DNA of 64,000 nt from a virus: positions 34,707-98,706 of IMG/VR virus record IMGVR_UViG_3300008110_000030; one strand, given 5' to 3'. Positions 34,696 through 43,531 of the stretch are shown piece after piece (positions within the stretch are counted from its first letter, which is position 1; each line of letters starts with the position of its first letter). Position numbers and translations under genes: made by a program. A model generated the notes under the pieces. That model did no database searches. It saw only the letters and a list, made by a program, of their open reading frames with translations, and was not told where the DNA came from.

Positions 34696-35910
34696 ATGGC
34701 CACTAAAGCACCAGTTAAAAAATCCCGTGTTACTAAAAAGCAAGTAATCGCACACCGTCAGAATGCCAAAAAAGATCACAGCCCAATTTGGGATGGTTTC
34801 GAAACTATGACTGCGGATCAATTCAATTTACATTTTAGACGTAGTATGGAATACTATCGTTTGGAATTTAGTGGTAAGGATCTTAAACCCAAAGTCATTG
34901 ACTGGATGAGTAAGACTGGTTACGACAAAGATACTATTAAGGCATTTAAAGAAACTAAAGATCACCGTTGCAATAGTACAATGGGTGGCTTGGCTGCTTG
35001 TCTGTTGCGTGGCATGCCAGAAGTTCGTGCAGACTGGAACAGTGGCCGAAACAGTGCTGATTGGCTGAGAGCTTCTATAAAGAACGCGATTGAAGAAGGC
35101 GGACTTGATAAGACTGAAGCTGAGGCTTTAGAAGCTAAACTTGCTCCAAAAGTAGAAGTATACGTTCCAACTATTCAAGAGCGGTTGCGTGATACTGCTG
35201 GTGCAATGAGCGAAGAACTTGATATTGCAATTGATGACTTTAGCAGAGATCCAGATGCGTTTGATCCTAAGGCATTTAAGATTCCAAACTTGTTGCGTGG
35301 TAAAGGTGCGAAAGCCGCACATGCACGTTTGATTAAGCAATACTATATTCCAGCTCATACTGAGTTGTTGGAACTTGCAAGTGGTCAAGCTGACGAGCAA
35401 TTGAAAGAAGGCTACAGCCATTTGCCACGTAAGAACGTTAAAAAACTTATTGAGTTCTACGAAGCAATTATGACTGCATGTGATCAATTGGCAGTGGAAG
35501 CAAAGGCTCTTAAAAAGCCACGTGCTAAGAAAATCGTCCCTGCTGAGAAAATTGTTGCTAAACTAAAATATTTGAAAGCTGATGACAGCTTGGGCATTAG
35601 TTCAGTCTCACCAACTACTATTATTGGCGCACAATATATGTTTATATACAATGCCAAAGCTCGTAAGATTGGTATGTATATTGCTGGTAATAGTGAAGGA
35701 TTTGGTGTTAAAGGTACAACAATTACTAACTTTACTGACAAGAGTACACAAAAGACTGTGCGTAAACCTGCAGAGCAACTTAAAGCATTCAAAGATTTGA
35801 ACACGCAAAAACGTTGCCAAACTTGGTTTGAAAAAGATGTTAAGACCACTGAAGTTAAACTTAATGGTCGCTTCAATGAAGATACAGTAATTTTGAAAGT
35901 GTACAAATGA
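34696..35910 (+). CDS. hypothetical protein (404 aa, basic N-terminus)
   Basis: strong promoter + SD; no recognisable motif. Confidence 0.6.
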   Translation: MATKAPVKKSRVTKKQVIAHRQNAKKDHSPIWDGFETMTADQFNLHFRRSMEYYRLEFSGKDLKPKVIDWMSKTGYDKDTIKAFKETKDHRCNSTMGGLAACLLRGMPEVRADWNSGRNSADWLRASIKNAIEEGGLDKTEAEALEAKLAPKVEVYVPTIQERLRDTAGAMSEELDIAIDDFSRDPDAFDPKAFKIPNLLRGKGAKAAHARLIKQYYIPAHTELLELASGQADEQLKEGYSHLPRKNVKKLIEFYEAIMTACDQLAVEAKALKKPRAKKIVPAEKIVAKLKYLKADDSLGISSVSPTTIIGAQYMFIYNAKARKIGMYIAGNSEGFGVKGTTITNFTDKSTQKTVRKPAEQLKAFKDLNTQKRCQTWFEKDVKTTEVKLNGRFNEDTVILKVYK

Positions 35911-36164
35911 GCAAGGCAAGACACAAACCTCATCAATGGATTGATGGTGAAACAGCGGATCGTATTACCGCACTCAATCTTCGAGACTACCGTTCTTACC
36001 TTAAAAAGGAACTAGCACAATGGAAAAAGAATCCTAAAACAGAGGATAATCCAAAAGGCTTTTGGTTACATCCAGAAGATGTAAGCGGCAACATTCTTCG
36101 AATTGAAGCGTTGAATTTGATCATCAATGATTTTATTGAGGTTCCTGATGACATTACCCGATGA
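35907..36164 (+). CDS. hypothetical small protein
   Basis: ATGA overlap. Confidence 0.4.
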   Translation: MSKARHKPHQWIDGETADRITALNLRDYRSYLKKELAQWKKNPKTEDNPKGFWLHPEDVSGNILRIEALNLIINDFIEVPDDITR

Positions 36165-36762
36165 ACGATATCGAGCCGTAGTACAGACTCAGAGATTTTT
36201 ATTGAGAATCTTAACTACACCTAGAGTTCCAAAAGCTGTTAAAGATGAAGCTAGATATTGTTTGCGTCATTATCCTAGCAATTGGGATATGCAACGTGCG
36301 GCAGAAGGTTCTCCGGATGTTTTCCAAGAACGTATGGATGACCTACATAAATTTTTACTTAAAGGTTCAGAAATGAAAGCAAAAGAATTGTTTGAAAATA
36401 TTGAAGAGCTGGCAGCTGTCAGTGACGAGGCATTGGATAATGCATACCATTATGGGCGCAGTACTCCAGGTGCTAACTTTGGATGGCTTGCCAATATTGA
36501 AAGTGCCAAGGCAGCATCAAATCTTATTAATAGTGGTGAAACAAATATTGAAGTAATTGCAGACGCAATCCACGATGGTTGGAATATTACTGCAATGAAA
36601 GATTATAATGGTGAACTAAAATTAGACACGCCTACTCCACAAGAGAAAAAAGAAAAGAGAGCCGCACTTGCTCGGCAGTCGTATGCTCAACTTCCTGAAG
36701 TTGAGAAAGAGAAAGATAGAGTAGTGGCACGTGCCCTGCTTAAATTTATTAAAGGTGTATAA
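36148..36762 (+). CDS. hypothetical protein
   Basis: start moved to ATG 36148 (ORF-track 36127 overlaps 38 nt). Confidence 0.45.
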   Translation: MTLPDERYRAVVQTQRFLLRILTTPRVPKAVKDEARYCLRHYPSNWDMQRAAEGSPDVFQERMDDLHKFLLKGSEMKAKELFENIEELAAVSDEALDNAYHYGRSTPGANFGWLANIESAKAASNLINSGETNIEVIADAIHDGWNITAMKDYNGELKLDTPTPQEKKEKRAALARQSYAQLPEVEKEKDRVVARALLKFIKGV

Positions 36763-37208
36763 TGAAAATTGGACTTAGTTATAGTCGCTGTGTTAGAGAT
36801 ATCGTTGACGGTGTGGTAGACCTAGACGATGTGCTAGTATTAATTACACGCACAGACTTTGATCCACACAATGACGAACAATGGGCAAGCATTTGGTTGG
36901 GGTACGGGGGCGGAACTGAAAATGCGTACACACGTGGATTCTTTAGTCACAGTAATCCTGAGTGGGCTGGATATCCTCCTGAAGAAGAAGCCAAATTTCG
37001 TTTGATTAGTACTGAACTGTATGATCAAGGTAAATTGCATCAGCCTCGTAAGTTTGGAGCTCATCCAAAACGACGTCCTGAAATTTGGCTAGAAGCAGTA
37101 TTACCAAACAGCGAGTTGGACAAAAACCCAGCAGCCAAAGCCGCTTGGAATAGATTCCAGATGATTGCTGGATTAACAAATGTAGAATTAGATGACAAAT
37201 ATCAATAA
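36762..37208 (+). CDS. hypothetical protein
   Basis: 148 aa. Confidence 0.45.
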   Translation: MKIGLSYSRCVRDIVDGVVDLDDVLVLITRTDFDPHNDEQWASIWLGYGGGTENAYTRGFFSHSNPEWAGYPPEEEAKFRLISTELYDQGKLHQPRKFGAHPKRRPEIWLEAVLPNSELDKNPAAKAAWNRFQMIAGLTNVELDDKYQ

Positions 37209-37218
37209 AGGAAACAAA

Positions 37219-37839
37219 ATGAGTTTAGTGCCAATGGTGGTTGAGAAAAGCAATCAAGGCGAACGTGCCTATGACATTTATAGTCGATTGCTCAAAGATC
37301 GTGTGATCTTTTTGAACGGTGAAGTGGAAGACTATATGGCCAATGTAATTATTGCGCAACTACTATTTTTAGAAAGTGAGAATAGCGAGTTGGATATTCA
37401 CTTGTACATTAATAGTCCAGGCGGTAGCGTGAGTGCCGGTCTTGCAATTTACGACACTATGCAGTTCATTAAACCTGATGTATGTACCTATGTAATGGGA
37501 CAAGCGTGTAGTATGGGCAGTTTCCTTGCACAAGCAGGGGCTCCTGGTAAACGAGTAGTACTACCAGAATCACGCACAATGATTCATCGTGTGAGTTCAG
37601 GTACTCGTGGTACAAGCGGTAGTATTCACGTACAAGACTTGCAATTTGAAGATGCTAAACGTAGCTTTGAAGAAGCACAGCGTATTAACAAACGTTTGAC
37701 TGAACTGTATGTACGTCACAATACTGTAGGCAAAACTTATGAAGAGCTGTTTGAGACTATGAAGTTTGATACGTTCTTGAGTGCCTCCGAAGCAGTATCT
37801 AATGGTCTTGCTGACCAAGTGATTGCAAAACGTCCTTGA
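37219..37839 (+). CDS. clpP: ATP-dependent Clp protease proteolytic subunit ClpP
   Basis: near-collinear with E. coli ClpP ([51 protein letters not shown] catalytic Ser, MIH His); AAGGA SD before ATG 37219. Confidence 0.9.
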   Translation: MSLVPMVVEKSNQGERAYDIYSRLLKDRVIFLNGEVEDYMANVIIAQLLFLESENSELDIHLYINSPGGSVSAGLAIYDTMQFIKPDVCTYVMGQACSMGSFLAQAGAPGKRVVLPESRTMIHRVSSGTRGTSGSIHVQDLQFEDAKRSFEEAQRINKRLTELYVRHNTVGKTYEELFETMKFDTFLSASEAVSNGLADQVIAKRP

Positions 37840-37880
37840 TCCATCTAGTACGCTAATAAATATGCGTACTCGAGGGAACT

Positions 37881-38960
37881 ATGGCAGGACCTGCATTTAA
37901 CAGCAATCAGCTAATCAAAAACATACGTCCAGATCAACTGGACATACGTAAAGGGGAACTATCTGGAGATTTGATTTCAGGTGGTTCCATTTCTACGTTT
38001 GCTTCTACTGGTATTAAAGATGAAGCAAGTCAAACTTCTCTCATTGTCAAAGATAATGAAATAATTGTTGACAACATTACTACCAAGCAATTAACAGGAA
38101 ATATACTAGTTGAAGGTAATTTACAAGTATCTGGTCAAATAACTGCTGACCGAATACATGTTCGAGAATTAACTTCAGATAGAACATATGATAAAATGTA
38201 TCTAGAGTTTCAACCTGTAGATACAGCAAAAAATCCAAACGGTAGTGGACTCATTTGGAAAGGTACTGACTATACCAAATTATTTGTTCTTAAAACAGAC
38301 AAGTTTTTTAGTAGCGAACATATTGATTTACATGCTGATAAAAGTTTCAAAATTGACAATGTTGATGTACTAACAAAAAATTCTTTAGGTTCAACTATAA
38401 GAAAAAGTAGTCTTAGAGAAATTGGAACACTACATCATTTAACAGTAAGTGGCGATGTAAGTTTAGCTGACTTTGTAACATTTAGCAGTGACCAACAAAG
38501 AATATCAATTAACGTTGAACAACCTGTGGGCACTATTACCATAGGCGATGTTATGCAAGACGTAATCATGAACATTGATGTTGACAATGGTCGTGCTAAA
38601 ATTGGAACCTATAATAATAGACCTTTTGATCTAACTGCTGGTGATCAAACGCTAGTAACATTAGATCCAAAAGGAATAGTTAGTGTTGGTCATGAATATA
38701 AAACAGACACTGAAATTCGTTTGTACGGCAAAGTAGGAATTAATGTTAAGCATCCTGAAGCAGATTTAGATGTTAAGGGCGGTATAAGATTTGGTAATAA
38801 ACTTTTCATGGTATATAATTCTCCTCCAGAAAAAGGTAATTACAAGAGAGGGGACATAGTTTGGAACGAATCCCCTGCTATTAATTCACCTTTAGGCTGG
38901 GTATGTATTGTATCAGGTTCGCCTGGTAAATGGGCATCATTTGGGGACATTCATGAATAG
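37881..38960 (+). CDS. hypothetical protein, possibly virion-associated
   Basis: 359 aa; preceded by hairpin carrying AATAAATA late-promoter-like motif. Confidence 0.5.
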   Translation: MAGPAFNSNQLIKNIRPDQLDIRKGELSGDLISGGSISTFASTGIKDEASQTSLIVKDNEIIVDNITTKQLTGNILVEGNLQVSGQITADRIHVRELTSDRTYDKMYLEFQPVDTAKNPNGSGLIWKGTDYTKLFVLKTDKFFSSEHIDLHADKSFKIDNVDVLTKNSLGSTIRKSSLREIGTLHHLTVSGDVSLADFVTFSSDQQRISINVEQPVGTITIGDVMQDVIMNIDVDNGRAKIGTYNNRPFDLTAGDQTLVTLDPKGIVSVGHEYKTDTEIRLYGKVGINVKHPEADLDVKGGIRFGNKLFMVYNSPPEKGNYKRGDIVWNESPAINSPLGWVCIVSGSPGKWASFGDIHE

Positions 38961-39300
38961 GCATATTAAAACAGACAAAATTAAAAAACAAACTACTTAT
39001 TGGCTTTGGTTTGGTAGGGTAAGTCCACTACTATTCCTTATTGGATCTTTTTCGTTATTTGAAATTTTCAATACACAAATACCATTCATTTTCTATTCCA
39101 GTTGGATAATTTTTGTTACAATATCTTTAATTTGGTGGGCTTGGGTTCTTAGGACTATTTTAGAATTTATTAAATTTTTTCAAGAAGTCAGTCACTCTGT
39201 TGAAGACATAAAAGACAATATAATTGAAGTTCAACAGAGTATAACAATTTTGAAAGATTTAGAGTCAAACATAAACAAAAAGATTGACAATCCTAAATAA
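38953..39300 (+). CDS. small membrane protein (two TM helices)
   Basis: ATG 38953 overlapping previous stop. Confidence 0.45.
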   Translation: MNRHIKTDKIKKQTTYWLWFGRVSPLLFLIGSFSLFEIFNTQIPFIFYSSWIIFVTISLIWWAWVLRTILEFIKFFQEVSHSVEDIKDNIIEVQQSITILKDLESNINKKIDNPK

Positions 39301-39311
39301 TAATGTATAAT
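39284..39311 (+). promoter_or_regulatory. sigma70-type promoter TTGACA-N16-TGTATAAT (extended -10)
   Basis: hexamers at 39284-39289 and 39306-39311, upstream of queD. Confidence 0.5.
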
Positions 39312-39384
39312 TACTATATGCGGCCTTAGGCATTCATCCCGCAATATAAATTCTGCATGTCATTGTTCATAAAGGAAAACAACA

Positions 39385-39924
39385 ATGGCAAAATATCTTT
39401 CAACAAAAACATACGGTAACGACCGCGGCTTATCATGCTGTTTTAGACAGTGGCGTAGTACACATAGTCACTGCTCATTACTGCACGGATATTCAATTGG
39501 TATTAAACTAGTTTTTGAATCTGAAACACTGGATACTCGAAATTGGGTCATGGACTTTGGCGGACTCAAAGCATTTAAAGAGTGGGCTGACCACATGTTT
39601 GATCATACTTTGGTAATTGCTGAAGATGATCCCCATCGTGCCATGTTTGAAAAGATGGCTAGTTTGGGCTTACAAGATAAAGGTGGAGTGTGTGACGTCC
39701 GTATCGTAGAAGGTGTAGGATGTGAAAAATTCAGCGAATTAGCTTTTAAAACCATGCAAGAAATTTTGGAAACTTTCCAAAGAGGCGAAGGTTGGGAATT
39801 AAAAGACCAAACAGGCAAAACAGTAAAACTGTTTGGTGCTCGATACCCAGTTGGTTCTGATGTTAAATTACGGTCAGTAGAAGTTTTTGAACATGCGGGC
39901 AATTCAGCAGTTTACGAAGGTTAA
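39385..39924 (+). CDS. queD: 6-carboxy-5,6,7,8-tetrahydropterin synthase QueD / PTPS family
   Basis: 179 aa; CSLLHGY (CxxxHGH-type zinc motif) and PTPS-like core HxxDFGGLK. Confidence 0.7.
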   Translation: MAKYLSTKTYGNDRGLSCCFRQWRSTHSHCSLLHGYSIGIKLVFESETLDTRNWVMDFGGLKAFKEWADHMFDHTLVIAEDDPHRAMFEKMASLGLQDKGGVCDVRIVEGVGCEKFSELAFKTMQEILETFQRGEGWELKDQTGKTVKLFGARYPVGSDVKLRSVEVFEHAGNSAVYEG

Positions 39925-40077
39925 GAAACTTTGGCGTCTTTGGGCTAAGGCTTTGGGTGAAAAATCCGGCAGTTCGGATGAAGAAGCAGATAAAATCGCT
40001 TGCATTCGGACTGCAATTGTGTTAACATATATTATAACAAACTTTTTTATTGTAGCAGGCGTTATAAGGCATTGGTA

Positions 40078-40485
40078 ATGACTACTGGATTTACATGTTC
40101 AACATTTGATTTGTTTCACGCAGGTCACGTAATGATGCTCAAAGAAGCCAAAGAGCATTGTGATTATCTTCTTGTTGGGCTACAAACAGATCCAACCATA
40201 GATAGACCACACAAAAACAAGCCTATCCAAACAGTATTTGAACGTTTTATACAATTAAAGGCTTGTAAGTATGTTGACGAAGTTGTAGTGTATGCTACTG
40301 AAAAAGAACTTCGAGACATATTGCTTTCTTATCCTATTAGTATTAGAATACTGGGAGAAGAATATGCTGGTAAAGAATTTACTGGCGATGATATTGATAT
40401 GGACTTTTATTTCAATCGACGAGAGCACAGTTTTTCAACAACCGAACTAAGACAGCGTGTAGTAGACGCAGAAAGTAAAAAATGA
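40078..40485 (+). CDS. cytidylyltransferase-like nucleotidyltransferase (HxGH family, TagD-like size)
   Basis: GFTCSTFDLFHAGHVMML = (T/H)xGH signature; ATG 40078 chosen (ORF-track 40000). Confidence 0.6.
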   Translation: MTTGFTCSTFDLFHAGHVMMLKEAKEHCDYLLVGLQTDPTIDRPHKNKPIQTVFERFIQLKACKYVDEVVVYATEKELRDILLSYPISIRILGEEYAGKEFTGDDIDMDFYFNRREHSFSTTELRQRVVDAESKK

Positions 40486-41498
40486 TTAAGCGCATAGGCT
40501 TTGCATGTAAGTGGATCGACACTCCTGATCAAGTAGATGGTATCAGGGCTACTGATGATTGTAAGCAATACAACACTGGTGCTACCACCATAACTTGGTT
40601 AAATAAACAAACAAAAGAAGTTGCTGAACAAAAGCTATGGGATCTAATGGTCCAGAACTTAGAAGCGACTCGTTTGCTTGTTGAAAGGGTAGGTAAACAA
40701 CATGAAAGACTCCGCATGGTTCGCCTTAGTAGCGACATTCTTCCTGCTTATACCCAGTCTGATTGGAGTTACTTTTGGAGCAAGCCTGACGTTGTCCAGT
40801 ATCTTGAACGCAATTTTATCCTTATTGGGGATAGTGCTCGTGCAAGCAATACCCGTGTTTCTATGCATCCTGGTCAGTTTACTGTTCTTGCTAGTGATAA
40901 TCCGGACATTGTTCGGCGAAGCATAGAGGAGTTTGAATATCATGCAGATATGGTCAGGTACATGGGCTACGGTAAACAATTTCAGGACTTTAAGATCAAC
41001 GTCCACATCTCGGGTAGAGCCGGTCCCGAAGGTATTCGAGCTGCCTACAAAAAACTTACCCCCGAAGCAAGAAATTGCATCACCATTGAAAATGAGGAAA
41101 TGAGCCATGGTTTATCTACTTGCTTGTCTCTTGGTGACCTTCTTCCTATTGTACTTGATATCCATCATCATTGGATTAAAGAAGGTGAATACATCATGCC
41201 TAATGACCCAAAAGTACAGCAAGTACTTGACAGTTGGCGTGGTCTTCGCCCTACTATGCACTATAGCGTTAGCAGGGAAGACGTGTTGGTTGGTCATTGC
41301 ACACTGACTAAACCTGATCACAAGACTCTGTTAGAGTCTGGACATAAAAAACAAAAACTTAGAGCACACAGTAATTTTTATTGGAATAAAGAAGTTAATG
41401 ATTGGGCTTTGACTTTTAATGACCAATTTGATATTATGTGCGAAAGCAAGGCTAAGAACCTAGCCAGCAAGGCATTGTTTGACTACAGCAATACTTGA
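40482..41498 (+). CDS. uvdE: UV damage endonuclease UvdE/UvsE-like
   Basis: 338 aa; collinear with B. subtilis UvsE blocks (RIGFAC, LRMVRLSSDILP, MHPGQFTVLAS, INVHISG, IENEEM, IVLDIHHH, MHYSVS). Confidence 0.65.
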   Translation: MIKRIGFACKWIDTPDQVDGIRATDDCKQYNTGATTITWLNKQTKEVAEQKLWDLMVQNLEATRLLVERVGKQHERLRMVRLSSDILPAYTQSDWSYFWSKPDVVQYLERNFILIGDSARASNTRVSMHPGQFTVLASDNPDIVRRSIEEFEYHADMVRYMGYGKQFQDFKINVHISGRAGPEGIRAAYKKLTPEARNCITIENEEMSHGLSTCLSLGDLLPIVLDIHHHWIKEGEYIMPNDPKVQQVLDSWRGLRPTMHYSVSREDVLVGHCTLTKPDHKTLLESGHKKQKLRAHSNFYWNKEVNDWALTFNDQFDIMCESKAKNLASKALFDYSNT

Positions 41499-41513
41499 GT
41501 AAGTAAACACCCA

Positions 41514-41543
41514 AATAAAAACCCGCACTAGGCGGGTTTTTTG
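41514..41543. terminator. bidirectional rho-independent terminator AAAAACCCGC-ACTA-GCGGGTTTTTT
   Basis: A-tract/stem/T-tract between convergent genes. Confidence 0.75.
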
Positions 41544-41568
41544 TTGCCAAGAAGATTATAACTTATAG

Positions 41569-41859
41569 TTACGCAGTCTTCTTAGGCGCCCTAGGCTTAG
41601 TACCAACTTTCTTTACAGCTGGTGTCTTTGCTGGGGCTTTTGGTTTTGGAGCTGCCTTAGCTTTTGCAGGTGCCTTTGCAGGTGCCTTTGCAGGTGCCTT
41701 TTTAGTTGCTGGCTTTTTCTTAGCTGGTGCAATTGATTCAACAACTGCTTGACTAGCTTGCTCAACAACTGGTGTTGTCGCAGGTGCTTCCACTTTATAT
41801 GGAACTTCTGCTGTTACCGGCTTCTCTGAACCAAATAATGATTTTAGAAATTTAATCAT
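41569..41859 (-). CDS. histone H1-like Lys/Ala/Pro-rich basic protein
   Basis: 96 aa; C-terminal half KKKPATKKAPAKAPAKAPAKAKAAPKPKAPAKTPAVKK; AAGGAGAT SD. Confidence 0.6.
   Translation of the reverse strand: MIKFLKSLFGSEKPVTAEVPYKVEAPATTPVVEQASQAVVESIAPAKKKPATKKAPAKAPAKAPAKAKAAPKPKAPAKTPAVKKVGTKPRAPKKTA
41676..41711. repeat. 3 x 12-nt perfect tandem repeat GCAGGTGCCTTT (encodes KAPA repeats on minus strand)
   Basis: direct tandem repeats read from sequence. Confidence 0.85.
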
Positions 41860-41931
41860 AATTTAATCTCCTTGTCTTTTAATTATGCCTGTAGATTGTT
41901 CGATAAATAAAATTGTGAAAGTATTAAAAAG

Positions 41932-41960
41932 TTGACTTAAAGAGATATTGGTGCTACAAT
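41932..41960 (+). promoter_or_regulatory. sigma70-type promoter TTGACT-N17-TACAAT upstream of sufC
   Basis: near-consensus hexamers 44 nt upstream of ATG 42004. Confidence 0.5.
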
Positions 41961-42003
41961 GTTTACTGTGGGCCAAAAACTACAAAAACAATAAGGTTCA
42001 ATT

Positions 42004-42729
42004 ATGTTAAAAATTACAAATCTCTCCGTCAATTACGACGTTATTCCAATTTTGGAAGATATCAATTTAGAAATCAATGAAGGCGAAATTCACGCCATTT
42101 TAGGACCAACAGGTTCAGGCAAAAGTTCCTTAGTCAGTGTTATTGCTGGCAAATCAGATCTTAGCGTTGTCAAAGGTAAAATAAACTTTAAGAGAAAATC
42201 TTTAAACAGTTTAGATCCAAATGAAAGAAGTAAATTAGGAATTTTTACAACATTTCAGGAGCCACCTGAAATTAATGGCATTACAAATTTAAATTTAACT
42301 AGACAAATTTTGAATGCTCGAAATGATAAAAGATCATCAACTGACGTTATTAATGATTATAAAAATTTAATAAAACAATTTGATCTAGGAAGCGAATGGT
42401 CTAATCGAGATTACAACGTAGGAGCAAGCGCAGGCGAAAAAAAGAAAAATGAAATTGTACAGTTATACATGCTCAATCCATCTCTTACAATTTTAGACGA
42501 TATTGACAGTGGCTTAGACTTAGACACACTAACTGAAGTATTTAAAAGTTTAAAATCTTTCCTCTCACAAAAAGGAAAGGCAGCTATCATTATCACACAT
42601 CAACCAACGATCCTTGAAGCAATAGAGCCCACACATGTGCATGTTATCATAGATGGAAGAATCGTGGAGTCAGGTGATAAGAAAATAATTAAAAGGATCA
42701 TTTCAAATGGCTATCGAGAGTTTTCTTAA
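42004..42729 (+). CDS. sufC: Fe-S cluster assembly ATPase SufC
   Basis: 241 aa; Walker A GPTGSGKSS, ABC signature-like SAGEKKK, Walker B ILDDIDSGLD; typical SufC length. Confidence 0.85.
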   Translation: MLKITNLSVNYDVIPILEDINLEINEGEIHAILGPTGSGKSSLVSVIAGKSDLSVVKGKINFKRKSLNSLDPNERSKLGIFTTFQEPPEINGITNLNLTRQILNARNDKRSSTDVINDYKNLIKQFDLGSEWSNRDYNVGASAGEKKKNEIVQLYMLNPSLTILDDIDSGLDLDTLTEVFKSLKSFLSQKGKAAIIITHQPTILEAIEPTHVHVIIDGRIVESGDKKIIKRIISNGYREFS

Positions 42730-43531
42730 AGTTGATTCACAAGACCCAGATTGGTCAAACAGTCCTACACAGTACTTTGGTAAAAAATTTAAGGTCATTG
42801 ATGCAAATTGCTTAATGATAAAAGAAAATACTGATGACTTGATGGTTCTACGTATGAATCCAACTGAATCAGATTTGTTATGCAAAAATTTACAAGTGCT
42901 TGGAAGAGACAGTAGTAGGCTAGACTTATTCATTCTATGCGATGGATCTAAAAATACTCAACAGGTTTTTATTTACAATGTAACTGCTGAACCAAATTCA
43001 ATTATTAATATTGGGATTTTTGTTAAAGACGGGAAACTTAATAAGCATATATTTGAATGTGAGCTATACGAAAACTCTGTTATTAATATCTTTGGTCTAG
43101 CAGAAAATGGGGTTGGCGGTAGCAGTGAGATTATAAGCAAAGTTTATCACGCTGGTCCTTGTGCAGAGAGCAACACGTTTGTAAACAGTATTGCTGGAAA
43201 AAATAGTCGAACTGTCTTTCAGGGTATTGTTAAAATTGAAGAAGACATGATAGACAGCGTGTCCAGTGTAACTAATACCAGTATTGTCTGTGACGAAACT
43301 TCACAAGCATTTAGTACTCCACAAATGGTTATTGACTGTGGACAAGTACGGGCGTATCATAGTTGTGAAGTTACTACAATTGACGAACATAGTCTATGGT
43401 ATTTAGAAAGCAAGGGCATTGATAAAGTCAGTGCTGAGAACTTGTTAAAAACCCTGCATCAAGATAGTGTGTTGGAACTTATTGAATATCAAGACATTAA
43501 AGATGAACTCAAAGATTTTTTCCAAAGTTAA
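42707..43531 (+). CDS. sufD: SufD/SufB-family protein, short form (274 aa)
   Basis: C-terminal HAGPCAE...VFQGIVKI...AYHSCEVTTIDEHSLWYLESKGI matches SufB/D beta-helix core; overlaps sufC. Confidence 0.6.
   Translation: MAIESFLKVDSQDPDWSNSPTQYFGKKFKVIDANCLMIKENTDDLMVLRMNPTESDLLCKNLQVLGRDSSRLDLFILCDGSKNTQQVFIYNVTAEPNSIINIGIFVKDGKLNKHIFECELYENSVINIFGLAENGVGGSSEIISKVYHAGPCAESNTFVNSIAGKNSRTVFQGIVKIEEDMIDSVSSVTNTSIVCDETSQAFSTPQMVIDCGQVRAYHSCEVTTIDEHSLWYLESKGIDKVSAENLLKTLHQDSVLELIEYQDIKDELKDFFQS

Noticed and set aside
40659-41108. 149-aa minus-strand ORF
   Set aside because: Inside the UvdE-like gene, which has multi-block similarity to UvsE
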